IMG/VR virus record: IMGVR_UViG_3300027742_000002 | Span: 1 to 48,910 of that record | Strand: one strand, 5' to 3' | Source of the DNA: a virus | DNA length: 48,910 nucleotides | Shown: piece by piece, positions 33,917 through 44,489 of the stretch | How the letters are laid out: every line of letters begins with the position of its first letter | How positions within the stretch are numbered: the stretch's first letter is position 1 | Position numbers and translations under genes: made by a program | Notes under the pieces: generated by a model | The model's database searches: none | Told to the model about the DNA's origin: nothing | Seen by the model: the letters and a program-made list of their open reading frames with translations, nothing else

Positions 33917-36900
33917 ATGTCAGATATACAACGTGTAATTGATGGTGACACAGTAAAGACCACTGACGACACGTTGCGTGTCGGTTATATAAATACGCCA
34001 GAATCCGTACATCCTAATGAAGACTTAAACACACCACAAGGTGATGCAGCAACAGACTTCGCTAAAGATGTATTACCAGAAGGTAAGCCTGTAGCAACAC
34101 ATGACTATGGTCGTGATCATTTTGGAAGGCAGGTATCAGGTGTAAACCGTGTAATTGATGGTGTAGAAGTTGACTACGGCCTTGTTGCTTTAGATCAGCA
34201 AATGTCTACATACTACACAGAATATGGTGAGCACCCAGACCCGTTAAAGCATGATGAATATAAAGAGTACTATAGTAGACATGTACCGTATCAGTTTGGT
34301 ACAGCAGAACAACCGTTAACAAAAGAACAATTTGATACTGTTACTGCTAAACACGAGCGATTCAACAACACGTACACAGCATTCAAAGAAGGTGATGCAA
34401 CACAAGAAGAGTTTGATAAAGCAACAGCAGATTTATACGGTGATCCAGATATGGTGATGCGTTATCGTCACCAGTTATCAGCTTGGAACAGACCTATTGA
34501 AATGGAGAGTAGTGATACACTTCGTGGATCAATGCGGATAGCTATGGAAGACCCAGCTATCAGAGAGCAATACAATCGGACTGTGCGTAACGGGCATTTG
34601 ATGGACAGTCCTATACCAGAGAAAGAAGCAACATTCTGGGAAAAGATGAGTACATCATTCTCAATGTTAGGTAGTGCATCAAATTTAGCTGATATGGAAA
34701 TGTTATGGGATTCTCGTAGACTAGGAACTGATTTTGATGTACCTCAAGAAGAATTAACAAAAGGTCTACCAGAGCAATACCACGCAACTATATTAGCAGA
34801 AGCATCTAAGTACAACGATCAGTCAGCTATTATGTTACGTGATCAATTGATGGATGATATTCAGAACAATCGTGTATTTGAAAACATGGAGTGGTATGCA
34901 CAGTTAGGTTATGGGGCAGCATCAATAATAGTAGACCCTTTAACACTATTGACAGCAGGGCCAGTAATTAAAACTAGCCAAAGTATTAATGCAGGTGTAA
35001 AACTTTGGACATCCAATAGGCTAATTAGGAACACAGCACTAATGGGAACATGGGCCGCTGGAGGTGGTTTAGAAGGTGCAGCAATAAACACTCCAAGACT
35101 AGCTGGTGATCACACATACACAGCGAAAGACTATCAACTAGATATTCTAGTGGACGCGGGATTCGGATTAGGACTTGGTGGTTTAGTAGAGTACGCAGGA
35201 AAACCTCTGTACCAGCGTTATGTGAAAGACGCAAGAAGATCGCGGGAATTAGAACGTGAACAAATACAAAACCATGTAGAACAGCAAGGACAACCAGAAG
35301 CGGCAGCAACACCAGAACTACAAGAAGTTAAAGAACAGGTAAATGTAGAGACCGCAGAAAGTAGAACAAGAAGTAAAGTAGAACAAACTACAGGTACTAC
35401 GTTCACACCGTGGGAAGCTATAACACAAATAAGTCCAGAAGGATTCGCGTCAGCAGCAAGTACACTAGCAGATGTGTTTCAACAAGGTACAGCAATTCGT
35501 AAATTGTTAAATAGTCAAATTGGGCTTAATAATAAAAGCTTATCACCAGAGGCTAGAGTAATAGCAAATGAACTTAACTCAGACATACTACATTTAGCGT
35601 CAGCGTTTCCAGATGGTAAAGTACCTCCGTCAATAGAGAAGTCGATAGAAGCCGTAACATTCAGACAAAAGACGTTTAATAGAAAGAACGCCATGTCTGA
35701 CTTGCTACAAGGAGACACTGCTAACCCAGTACAAACTCTACAAAATTATGTACAAATGTTACGTAATCAGAAAGAGCTATGGGATGGGTATGATACTACA
35801 CCAATGAGTAGTAAAGACTTCTTTGCACACCAGTCAGATTGGATGTCAATACAAGGTAAAACTAGTGCAGATGATGTATTTAGTTTAACAACACAGATAC
35901 CAAAAGAATTATCATATCTGAAAGATGTTGTAGAACTAAATAGAATGGCAGCTAAGAAAGACAGTGCTGAATTCACAAGTGCTGTAGAAGAGTTAAACGG
36001 GTTAGTAGCAACTCGTATGGAGCAGAAGGAGTACGGTGACTTTAATCCGTATAGTGATAGTTCCAAACAGTTCGGTAAGACAGTACCAATGTCACCGCAG
36101 GAGATTGCAGCACAACTTAAAAAAGAAGGGCTGACACCGAAGACATCAGAGTATAGCACTAGGTTGGCAGAACTACGTCAACATGGTCGGGTAGCAGTAG
36201 GGGAGGAAGTTAATAGAGTAGGTAGAATAGATGAAGTCGAGGTTGGTAAAACTCGTACAGAGCAAGACCCTGACAGCCCAGACTACTACTCAGTAGACGA
36301 CGCTAAACAGGAACTATTCAAACTACAAAGTAAACCTGATCCAACACCAGACGATATAGCTAGGTCTAAAGAATTACTTAACACAATTGAGCAGGCTAAG
36401 AAGTCAAAAGAGACTACTCTCGTAAGAGATACATCAGAGCAAGACTTACTACCAAGATCATACACTAATACTACAACACAACAGGCGTATAAGAATCCAA
36501 GTGTTGAAACTTTAACAGAGTTAAAAAACCGACTTAATAAAGACATCATACGTAAGTTAGGTGTTAAAACTATAAAGGGTAAAGCCGAGCATAAAAGTCA
36601 AACACAGAGATTAGAAGTAGTTAAGAAAGCTTTGTTAAAAAATAAAGCCAAAGTGATGGATAGGATGGTTAAAGCTGGCCAGTGGCAGAATGTTGAGGAT
36701 GTTATAAGGGCATCACACGCAATTGCAGAACAGCAGAAACTAGCTCCGAAAGGTGATATAGAAACTAAAGTAGATACTCCGCTAACTGAGGACGAATTAA
36801 CTATCTTGTCTGATGGGAACTCTGGAGAAACAACTACGAAAGTATCTACGGAAGACTACACCAACATTCAAAGTAAGGCTAATAAAGCTTATGAGAAAAT

Positions 36901-39202
36901 GGTAGAAGATTCATTAGAAGGTGTTAATACCGGACTTACTAACTTTGTTAAATCGGGTGAAAAGAAAGCATTTGCATTAGCTAGGAAACCAAAAGGTATA
37001 TTAGATAGTGTAGGACGTATTGCAGCAAGAATCACAGAAGACTTAGGTACTAAATTCCAAAACGGTAAGATGACATCATTAGAATATATTGGGTCAAGGA
37101 TTACTGAGATCGGTAGAGGATACGGTGGAGCAATTCGTCGTAAAGCTACAGGCGGTATAATACGCGATACAGTATATAAAGAATCAATGATGCAGATAGC
37201 ACCAGCCTATGTGAAAGCAATGGACTCGTACGCAATATCGAAAGGTAAAACAGCCGTAGGGCGTATGAATGCTCAACAAAAGGCTGGAGCAGATAGTAAG
37301 ATAGTTGCTCAATTCAACCGAGAAGTATTCTTAATACAGGAGTACAGACGACAAGGGAAAGAACTACCAAGTAACCTAGATAAGTCAGTAATAGACTTCG
37401 TTAGTCAATGGGATAAATACATGGACTACAATCACGGTAAACTAGTAGAGTCTAACATCGGGGGATTTACTAAAGCACGTAAAGTAAAACACTATGTTCC
37501 ACATGTATGGCAATCGGGTAGATTACTGGCTGCTGTAAACAAACATGGTGAAGCTAAAGTAGAAGAGTTATTCACAAGGGCGTATCAGTCGTCAACAACT
37601 AATGGTGTAAACCCAACAGATGTATCAAAAGCTAGGGAACTAGCGAAGAGGCAGATCGATTGGATTAGACAGCAAGGAGAAGAACCGACTGATCAGTTTC
37701 TACCAGTATCAGATAGTAGGGCGAAACAACGACTTGACTTAGATACGACGATGGAATTTGAAGGTTTGTCTATACTAGATTTACTAGATAATGAAGTTAT
37801 GAGTGTAGCAACTAAATACTCAAACCGTATGGCTGGCTGGGTAGGATTATCAAAATCAACAGACGGTATGTTGACATCACAATTGGACATTGATTCATTG
37901 AAGAAGAATATGATCCAAGAAGGTATTGATAAAAACATTAATACAAAGAAGTACGAACAGTACTACGACGACTTAATGAACTTGATGTTTGGTAGACCAA
38001 CACGTGGTGGATTAACACAGGAAATGCGTCAGTTAAAAGACTTAACAGCATTAACACGTATGGGTGGTTTAGGAACAGCACAGTTAATCGAAACAGGCCA
38101 AGTAATATCACGGTCAGTACTTAGTACATTTAGTTCAGAACCAGTAGCCAAGAAGGTCATAAAATTAGGTGGAAAAGTAGAGAATGAGCGAGAGCTAATA
38201 AGGGAAATTCAATCAATCTCCAACGTAACAGACGACTTGGAATGGCTCGATAGGCAGAGCGTTCATTTAGACCAAGCGGAACTAGCAAAAGTGCATAAAG
38301 CAAGACAGATGTCTCTATGGTTAGCTGACAAAGCAACCTTTGGATCATTGAAGGCACCAGCTAGTAGGTTGTTAGGAAAAACAACAGGATACAACGCAAT
38401 TCGTAGAGCGCAATCCAGAGTAACTCAAGCAAGTTTTGTACTTGATGTAGCTAAACACTTTAACTCCGGTACAGGCAAGATGGGTAATGCTCGTATGGCC
38501 GATGTAGGTTTAACAGACGCTAACGGAGTAGATACTGAACTACAAGATGTATTTAAAAATATTGTTGAGTACGGTGACGATGGATTACCGACGAAACTAA
38601 ATGTAGATAAGTGGCCTAGCTCAGCACGAGAAAAGTTCCAGTACGCATTAATACGTGATGAAGCGCAGCAGATTCAACGTACACATGTAGGAGAACTACC
38701 ACCGTGGATGAACAGACCAATGATGGCTTTAATCTTCCAATTTAGGCAGATGCCAATAGTCGCTAATAACAAACAGTTAAGTAGATCATTAGCATTCGCA
38801 GATAAGGAAGCAGTAACAGCTACATTATTAAACACAGCTATGTCGGGATTAGTACGATACAGCAAGTTCGCGGCACTAGGGACAGGCGCAGCCGCAATAA
38901 CGAGTAGTGATTGGAAAGAGCCAAATGAAGGTCAAATGCAAGTTGATAAATACATAACTCAATTTGGTATATTCCCAGACGCAAAAGATATAGTACTAGA
39001 TGCGTACCAAGCAGGAACGACAGGAGACTATCGTCAACTACAAGGACAAATACCTGTTATGGGACTAATGAAGGACTACTACGACTCTGGGTTCGGAGAT
39101 AAACGAGAACAGATAGAAGCAGCACAGGGATTAGTCCCATTAGGAAACACTGCGTATGGAGATATGATTCACACGTGGATTAAAGAAACATTTGAAGATT
39201 AA
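33917..39202 (+). CDS. Internal virion / ejection protein C (gp16-like), 1761 aa, with an N-terminal staphylococcal-nuclease-like domain
   Basis: It is the giant ORF in the gp16 position. The N-terminus VIDGDTVK..LRVGYINTPESVHP..QGDAATDFAKD..DHFGRQVSGV..VDYGLVALDQ aligns with SNase AIDGDTVK..FRLLLVDTPETKHP..YGPEASAFTKK..DKYGRGLAYI..VNEALVRQGLA. Confidence 0.75.
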   Translation: MSDIQRVIDGDTVKTTDDTLRVGYINTPESVHPNEDLNTPQGDAATDFAKDVLPEGKPVATHDYGRDHFGRQVSGVNRVIDGVEVDYGLVALDQQMSTYYTEYGEHPDPLKHDEYKEYYSRHVPYQFGTAEQPLTKEQFDTVTAKHERFNNTYTAFKEGDATQEEFDKATADLYGDPDMVMRYRHQLSAWNRPIEMESSDTLRGSMRIAMEDPAIREQYNRTVRNGHLMDSPIPEKEATFWEKMSTSFSMLGSASNLADMEMLWDSRRLGTDFDVPQEELTKGLPEQYHATILAEASKYNDQSAIMLRDQLMDDIQNNRVFENMEWYAQLGYGAASIIVDPLTLLTAGPVIKTSQSINAGVKLWTSNRLIRNTALMGTWAAGGGLEGAAINTPRLAGDHTYTAKDYQLDILVDAGFGLGLGGLVEYAGKPLYQRYVKDARRSRELEREQIQNHVEQQGQPEAAATPELQEVKEQVNVETAESRTRSKVEQTTGTTFTPWEAITQISPEGFASAASTLADVFQQGTAIRKLLNSQIGLNNKSLSPEARVIANELNSDILHLASAFPDGKVPPSIEKSIEAVTFRQKTFNRKNAMSDLLQGDTANPVQTLQNYVQMLRNQKELWDGYDTTPMSSKDFFAHQSDWMSIQGKTSADDVFSLTTQIPKELSYLKDVVELNRMAAKKDSAEFTSAVEELNGLVATRMEQKEYGDFNPYSDSSKQFGKTVPMSPQEIAAQLKKEGLTPKTSEYSTRLAELRQHGRVAVGEEVNRVGRIDEVEVGKTRTEQDPDSPDYYSVDDAKQELFKLQSKPDPTPDDIARSKELLNTIEQAKKSKETTLVRDTSEQDLLPRSYTNTTTQQAYKNPSVETLTELKNRLNKDIIRKLGVKTIKGKAEHKSQTQRLEVVKKALLKNKAKVMDRMVKAGQWQNVEDVIRASHAIAEQQKLAPKGDIETKVDTPLTEDELTILSDGNSGETTTKVSTEDYTNIQSKANKAYEKMVEDSLEGVNTGLTNFVKSGEKKAFALARKPKGILDSVGRIAARITEDLGTKFQNGKMTSLEYIGSRITEIGRGYGGAIRRKATGGIIRDTVYKESMMQIAPAYVKAMDSYAISKGKTAVGRMNAQQKAGADSKIVAQFNREVFLIQEYRRQGKELPSNLDKSVIDFVSQWDKYMDYNHGKLVESNIGGFTKARKVKHYVPHVWQSGRLLAAVNKHGEAKVEELFTRAYQSSTTNGVNPTDVSKARELAKRQIDWIRQQGEEPTDQFLPVSDSRAKQRLDLDTTMEFEGLSILDLLDNEVMSVATKYSNRMAGWVGLSKSTDGMLTSQLDIDSLKKNMIQEGIDKNINTKKYEQYYDDLMNLMFGRPTRGGLTQEMRQLKDLTALTRMGGLGTAQLIETGQVISRSVLSTFSSEPVAKKVIKLGGKVENERELIREIQSISNVTDDLEWLDRQSVHLDQAELAKVHKARQMSLWLADKATFGSLKAPASRLLGKTTGYNAIRRAQSRVTQASFVLDVAKHFNSGTGKMGNARMADVGLTDANGVDTELQDVFKNIVEYGDDGLPTKLNVDKWPSSAREKFQYALIRDEAQQIQRTHVGELPPWMNRPMMALIFQFRQMPIVANNKQLSRSLAFADKEAVTATLLNTAMSGLVRYSKFAALGTGAAAITSSDWKEPNEGQMQVDKYITQFGIFPDAKDIVLDAYQAGTTGDYRQLQGQIPVMGLMKDYYDSGFGDKREQIEAAQGLVPLGNTAYGDMIHTWIKETFED

Positions 39203-39223
39203 AGAAGATAACAGGAGGTACAC

Positions 39224-39784
39224 ATGGCACAGACCATACGTACAAATGTAGGAGACGGTGTACAAACTCTCTATCCGGTATCATTCGACTTAGGATACGT
39301 ATCAAGAGATTATGTGTACGTATATACTGGGGACGATTATACAGTACAGTTAGACTATGTATGGATAAGCGACTCTCAAATAGAACTAAGTACTCCCGTT
39401 GCAATAGGTATAGAGTTCTACATTAGGCGGGTAGTACCGAGAAATGTACCATTCAATGATTACGAAGATGGCGCAATACTAAGGGAATCAAACTTAGATG
39501 ATTCATTCGTACAAGCGTTGATGATTAATGAAGAATTAAGTGATGGATTTGCAGACCCTACGACACCAGAGAAACAATTTATACTAAACACTGGTGACGA
39601 AATGATTGGGCCATTAAGTGGGGTAGACTCAACGGAGCCAGAACACTTTATGCCACAGCTACAAGTAACGAACACAATCGATGCTAGAATGGCATCAGCA
39701 CCAGAGTTTGATCCAAATAACTTTCAAGATTACGGATTAGTAACTGAGGACGTAAGTGACTCACTAGACTACGGAGGTATATAG
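39224..39784 (+). CDS. Tail fibre adaptor (T7 gp17 N-terminal domain-like), 186 aa
   Basis: MAQTIRTNVGDGVQTLYPVSFDLGYVSRDYVYVY resembles the gp17 N-terminal tail-attachment domain. The ORF is short and no receptor-binding part is attached. Confidence 0.6.
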   Translation: MAQTIRTNVGDGVQTLYPVSFDLGYVSRDYVYVYTGDDYTVQLDYVWISDSQIELSTPVAIGIEFYIRRVVPRNVPFNDYEDGAILRESNLDDSFVQALMINEELSDGFADPTTPEKQFILNTGDEMIGPLSGVDSTEPEHFMPQLQVTNTIDARMASAPEFDPNNFQDYGLVTEDVSDSLDYGGI

Positions 39785-39785
39785 G

Positions 39786-41474
39786 ATGTCATTACAAGTA
39801 AAACACCGTAGGGGAACAACCGCTGAGATAGAAGCATTCACACCGGCGGTGGGTGAGTTCATAATGGACACACAAACTAAGAGCCTAGTGCTGGGTGATG
39901 GTACGAAGCAGGGAGGACATAGACAGGTAACAAGAGCAGATATAGTAAATAATCTATCGACACTACCAATAGCAAAAGCGCAAGATTTGGAGATAGGAGA
40001 CCTTATTACTACTTCTGGGTATGTGACTCTCGGAGACGGGGGTGGTGCCACTTACAGAGTGGTGGCAGCTAGAGAAGTAGACGGATTTGCTGACCATCTA
40101 ATGGACAATGGATTAGTATTAGAACTTCACCTAGATGGATACATAGTCAATATAAGGAAATTTGGGGCTAATGAAACTACGGATGCGTCACCATCAATAC
40201 AAGCAGCTATCAATTATACGCTAGTCCTCGGAGGAGAACTATATTCACCGAGAGGCGCGTATCCGGTGGAGGATGAGGTAGTGGTAGATGTTAGGGGGAT
40301 AACTGGAGCACCTAATAGCAATCAACGTAGACTATCACTACGTGGCGCAGGTAAAGGCAACACCGTGTGGCTGGCTAAAACTGACAGCCAGACAATCTTA
40401 CATTTCATTGGAGACAACCCTACAACTACAGCAAGCCACGCATATACTGAATTTGCGGACATCAGCTTTGGGGGAGCAACGCCAACATCGAGAACAGCAG
40501 AGGGATTACGGTTAGAAGATTTGGCATACTTCACGCTACGTAATGTGAGTTTCCATAACCTAAATGCTTGCTTAAACAATATTGCATGTTTGAGTTCAAC
40601 ATTCTACACATGTGATTTTAATGAATCAGTTAAAGGGATAGTGGCACAACAAGCTACTGGTGCTAGTGACCCAAACGCTAATTCATACTACGGTTGTAAC
40701 TTCAGACTACTTACAAAAATGGCTTATGATGGCTTCGGTGGCATGGCTAATGGACTATTTTCTGGCTGTAACTTTGAGGGTAATGGAACTTTTGGTGACG
40801 ATACAACAGGTGCAGTGAATCTTCGGATAGACGCATCGGCGGGTGAAGTTGGCCCTGTATTTGAAAGTTGCTACTTCGAGAGTAATAGAGGCGGATTCGA
40901 TCTTCAGGTAGCATCAACAGGAGGTAGACGAATAACGGCAAACCTAACAGGTGTCAATTTTAACAGGGTGTCTGGTGCTTCGTATACAACAAACAATATA
41001 AGAACTTCAGGTAAATTAAACCTTAACACAGTAGGCTGTGCGTTCACGCCGTACAACGACTATGTTCCAAATATTAGTAGGTTATGTATACTTCCAAACA
41101 ATTCATGTAGGCACGTAGATGTAGGATCGACGTTTTATAGTAGCGTAGATATTCCAACCAATCTTGCAAGTACTGTATTTGCGGGTGACGTGACGGGAGA
41201 GGATGCTGGAGCTTTTGGGGCATCTAGTTATATATTACCTGCTGGGTGGTCAGCTACACGTACTGCCGCTGGTCACTACACGGTTATTCATAATCTAGGC
41301 CATACTAATTATTCTATAACTGCTACTTCAAACGGCACGTTTCAGAGATCGGTGGAACGATGTATTAAAGCAGCAAACTCTTTTCAGATACGTACAGTAG
41401 CAGGTGGTACTTTGACGCTAGCAGATTGTAATACAACATTTACGTTGAGCGCATTTCAACCAAGCATATCGTGA
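39786..41474 (+). CDS. Tailspike 1, probable beta-helix depolymerase (562 aa)
   Basis: It has the conserved N-terminal anchor KHRRGTTAEIEAFTPAVGE...GDGTKQGG. Pectate-lyase-like GYVTLGDGGGATYRVV is present. The body is rich in Gly, Asn and Thr repeats. Confidence 0.7.
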   Translation: MSLQVKHRRGTTAEIEAFTPAVGEFIMDTQTKSLVLGDGTKQGGHRQVTRADIVNNLSTLPIAKAQDLEIGDLITTSGYVTLGDGGGATYRVVAAREVDGFADHLMDNGLVLELHLDGYIVNIRKFGANETTDASPSIQAAINYTLVLGGELYSPRGAYPVEDEVVVDVRGITGAPNSNQRRLSLRGAGKGNTVWLAKTDSQTILHFIGDNPTTTASHAYTEFADISFGGATPTSRTAEGLRLEDLAYFTLRNVSFHNLNACLNNIACLSSTFYTCDFNESVKGIVAQQATGASDPNANSYYGCNFRLLTKMAYDGFGGMANGLFSGCNFEGNGTFGDDTTGAVNLRIDASAGEVGPVFESCYFESNRGGFDLQVASTGGRRITANLTGVNFNRVSGASYTTNNIRTSGKLNLNTVGCAFTPYNDYVPNISRLCILPNNSCRHVDVGSTFYSSVDIPTNLASTVFAGDVTGEDAGAFGASSYILPAGWSATRTAAGHYTVIHNLGHTNYSITATSNGTFQRSVERCIKAANSFQIRTVAGGTLTLADCNTTFTLSAFQPSIS

Positions 41475-41521
41475 TATTGCTATCATTGTACAAGTAGAAA
41501 CTAGATATAGGGAATAACATT

Positions 41522-43648
41522 ATGGCAACAGAAATTAAACATAGGCGAGGAACAACCGCTGAGATAGAAGCATTCACTCCAGCTATGGCTGAGCTAGTAG
41601 TAGATGTAGAGACCAACGAACTAGTAGTTGGAGATGGCTCTAAACAAGGGGGCTACCGTACACCTACGGTAGTCACTAGCTTGAGGAAGTTTGAGACAAA
41701 AGCTGACTTAGTGGCGGCTACTTACCTACAAGCAGGTACGCGAGTTGAGACAGAAGGTTACACTGCGGAAGGGGATGACGGGGCAGCCAGATACTTAGTC
41801 AAGACATCTGCACAAGCGACAATAGATAGCGACATCATTGATGAAGTAGTTAACCACACATTAGCTAACGGTAATGTTGTGGTGATAAAAACACAAACAC
41901 TACTATTCAAGCAGTGCGGGTTCTTCGGTTTAGGTACATCAGCAGACACACAAAACTTGATAAAAGGGATAGAGTGGGCATCAGCTAATAAGCGGATGAT
42001 CAAAGCTAACGAAGCTGAGGTACTGGAAACAGTAGCTACGATAAGTACATTTGATGAGGCGAGTGCAACAGTACTTGCTACCCTACCTATACTAAGCGGT
42101 ATGAATGTAGACCTTAACGGGGCTACGTTAAAGATGGCAGATGGGCAATCATCAAACGGTACTCCAACCCACCTACGAATGTTCTTCTCAAACGAGTTTC
42201 AATCCAACATATGGCTGAAGCATGGGATAATCGATAACAACGGTGATAATAACCTAATAAATGGTGGTACTCTAACACAAGCCATGTTTGGGTTCTCTGG
42301 ATCAGCAGCGGGAGGAACAGACGTAGCGAGAGGTAATAATGTTCGTATACACGACGTAGAATTCAACAACAACGCAGGTGTCTCATGTATATTAATGGCA
42401 CAATCAAACACTACGTCTGCATTGCTAGGTAAAGACTGGAAAATCACACAGTGTAAATTCAAAGAGAATGGTAAAGACACACAAGACCATTCGAGCATTT
42501 ACGGATGGGCGACAGATGTAACAGTAGATGATTGTTTATTTGAGACGGCTGCACCATTCGACTCAACTGCACTACTCGGAGGTAGAGTAGCATACGAAGT
42601 ACACGGCTCTGGTCATAAGTTTATAAACAACACTATTAAGAACTATTATCAAGGTGTGTGGGTAGCAGCGAATTTTACTGATTCGTTAGTTGAAGGGACA
42701 CTAATAAAAGGTAACAACTTTGAAGTAACACAAACAGCAGTTGATTTCTACAACCAAAACATAGGTGGTGGTAACCCCAATACAGGATTGCTGGATAGAA
42801 CTCGTATATTGGGAAATGATATAGTACTACTAGATGAACCAACAAATGACGGATACAAGGCTTGTGTAAGACTAACATCAAAGAAAGGTTCTAGTAGAAT
42901 CTTGTTTGCAAACAACGAATGCAGAAGTTTAGAAACAACGGATTCTTCTTGTCTATTCTTGATTGTAAATCAAAGTGACCAACTAACAACTCACGATAAG
43001 ATTAAAGTATCTAACAACCAAGGGTCAGGGCTAACAGCAGGTTTAGTCGTCTATATGGGTGGTTCAGGTGGATCATTTGATATAGGTAACGTAGTATACA
43101 CAGACAACGATATATACCCTCTGATAGCTAGAGACGGTACATTTCAGACGAAAGATGTATACATTTACGGAGCTAAAGCAGGGAACATAACTGACCTAGA
43201 GGTGTCAGGAATGCGCTACGGATTGCAAAATGCGTCAGCATTAGGCACACTACGACTACGTGGGATAGCAGACAACGTACCATTAACAGGAACATTCGAC
43301 AATGTAACTGTAGGTAACGGTACAGTGACAACAAGAGTCACATTGAACACATACCAAGGTATCGCAACAGTACACGCAAAACTAGTTGCAGGAACTACAA
43401 CTAGCATCGGAGGAAACATGCTCGCACGGTTCACAGGGTTAACAGCAACTAACAATAGTGTTGGTAGTGGTTTTGTTAAATCCGGTGCAAACATCCACCA
43501 GATCAGCGGTAGAATAGATAATACTGGTAGTTGGGTAACAATGTTTAATGACAGTGGTAACGTAAACGGAACAAACCCAGTAACAGTGGCAAGTGGTGAT
43601 GTATACGAAGTGTCTAGTAATTTCCATTGTAGCTCAATAACATTATAA
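41522..43648 (+). CDS. Tailspike 2, probable beta-helix depolymerase (708 aa)
   Basis: It has the same N-terminal anchor, KHRRGTTAEIEAFTPAMAE...GDGSKQGG. GYTAEGDDGAARYLV is present. The body differs from that of tailspike 1. Confidence 0.7.
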   Translation: MATEIKHRRGTTAEIEAFTPAMAELVVDVETNELVVGDGSKQGGYRTPTVVTSLRKFETKADLVAATYLQAGTRVETEGYTAEGDDGAARYLVKTSAQATIDSDIIDEVVNHTLANGNVVVIKTQTLLFKQCGFFGLGTSADTQNLIKGIEWASANKRMIKANEAEVLETVATISTFDEASATVLATLPILSGMNVDLNGATLKMADGQSSNGTPTHLRMFFSNEFQSNIWLKHGIIDNNGDNNLINGGTLTQAMFGFSGSAAGGTDVARGNNVRIHDVEFNNNAGVSCILMAQSNTTSALLGKDWKITQCKFKENGKDTQDHSSIYGWATDVTVDDCLFETAAPFDSTALLGGRVAYEVHGSGHKFINNTIKNYYQGVWVAANFTDSLVEGTLIKGNNFEVTQTAVDFYNQNIGGGNPNTGLLDRTRILGNDIVLLDEPTNDGYKACVRLTSKKGSSRILFANNECRSLETTDSSCLFLIVNQSDQLTTHDKIKVSNNQGSGLTAGLVVYMGGSGGSFDIGNVVYTDNDIYPLIARDGTFQTKDVYIYGAKAGNITDLEVSGMRYGLQNASALGTLRLRGIADNVPLTGTFDNVTVGNGTVTTRVTLNTYQGIATVHAKLVAGTTTSIGGNMLARFTGLTATNNSVGSGFVKSGANIHQISGRIDNTGSWVTMFNDSGNVNGTNPVTVASGDVYEVSSNFHCSSITL

Positions 43649-43666
43649 GATTAGAGGATACATACT

Positions 43667-43915
43667 ATGTCAGGAACAGTACACCGAGCGAACACACGTT
43701 CGTATGAAGAATCAGATGATACAGTAATACCCGCTAACAAAAATAGAACATACTTCTTTATAGTATTTATTACAGGTAGTGGGACAATCGAGTTCGGTGG
43801 AGGTGGTGGTTTAATACCACTTGCTAACGCCGCTTTCTATGAACCGCTTGTAGTACCGACGAGTGAAATATCAATCGCGTCTACAGGTGGGGTTTATGTA
43901 ATACACGAGGGATAA
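43667..43915 (+). CDS. Hypothetical protein (82 aa)
   Basis: The ORF has a GAGGA RBS. Confidence 0.55.
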   Translation: MSGTVHRANTRSYEESDDTVIPANKNRTYFFIVFITGSGTIEFGGGGGLIPLANAAFYEPLVVPTSEISIASTGGVYVIHEG

Positions 43916-43934
43916 AGCGTACAGGAGGTACAAT

Positions 43935-44477
43935 ATGCCATATGGAATTTTAGCAGGTGCATTCGATCCAGCAACAGGAATGAGAACAGAGCGTGTACTA
44001 AGTGGTAATAGCGTTGCAACAGCACAAGACCCGACAGGTACAGGCGAAGCAAATGGAATAAAAGTAGAATTTGGCCCAGCAGTAAATGACGCTAATGATT
44101 ATATACAGCTATTAGCTGACGGTACAATGCGGTGCAACATAGATGGTATGTACAATTTACATTTATCGTTATTCTATGGGAGAGACGCAGGGAGCCAAGA
44201 AGCAGAACTACGTTTGCGAGGATTCAGTGCAGGGATAGGTCAAATAGGAGTAACCATAGGAACAACATTAGGTAGCTCGAAGGCGACAATACCTTTTACA
44301 AATTCCGTATGGTTAAACCTAACAGCAGGTGCAGAGGTCTATTACGAAATTATGCGGGATTCTAGTGGAGTGGATGCAGGTGGTTTACGTCAAGCAGTAG
44401 TAACACCAGCAACAGCACCAAATTGGAATGACGCAGCTTGTGCGGCATTACGAATAGACCGTCTCGTGCAAACGTAA
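43935..44477 (+). CDS. Hypothetical protein (180 aa)
   Basis: The ORF has an AGGAGG RBS and lies downstream of the tailspike genes. Confidence 0.6.
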   Translation: MPYGILAGAFDPATGMRTERVLSGNSVATAQDPTGTGEANGIKVEFGPAVNDANDYIQLLADGTMRCNIDGMYNLHLSLFYGRDAGSQEAELRLRGFSAGIGQIGVTIGTTLGSSKATIPFTNSVWLNLTAGAEVYYEIMRDSSGVDAGGLRQAVVTPATAPNWNDAACAALRIDRLVQT

Positions 44478-44489
44478 TTGGAGAAACTG

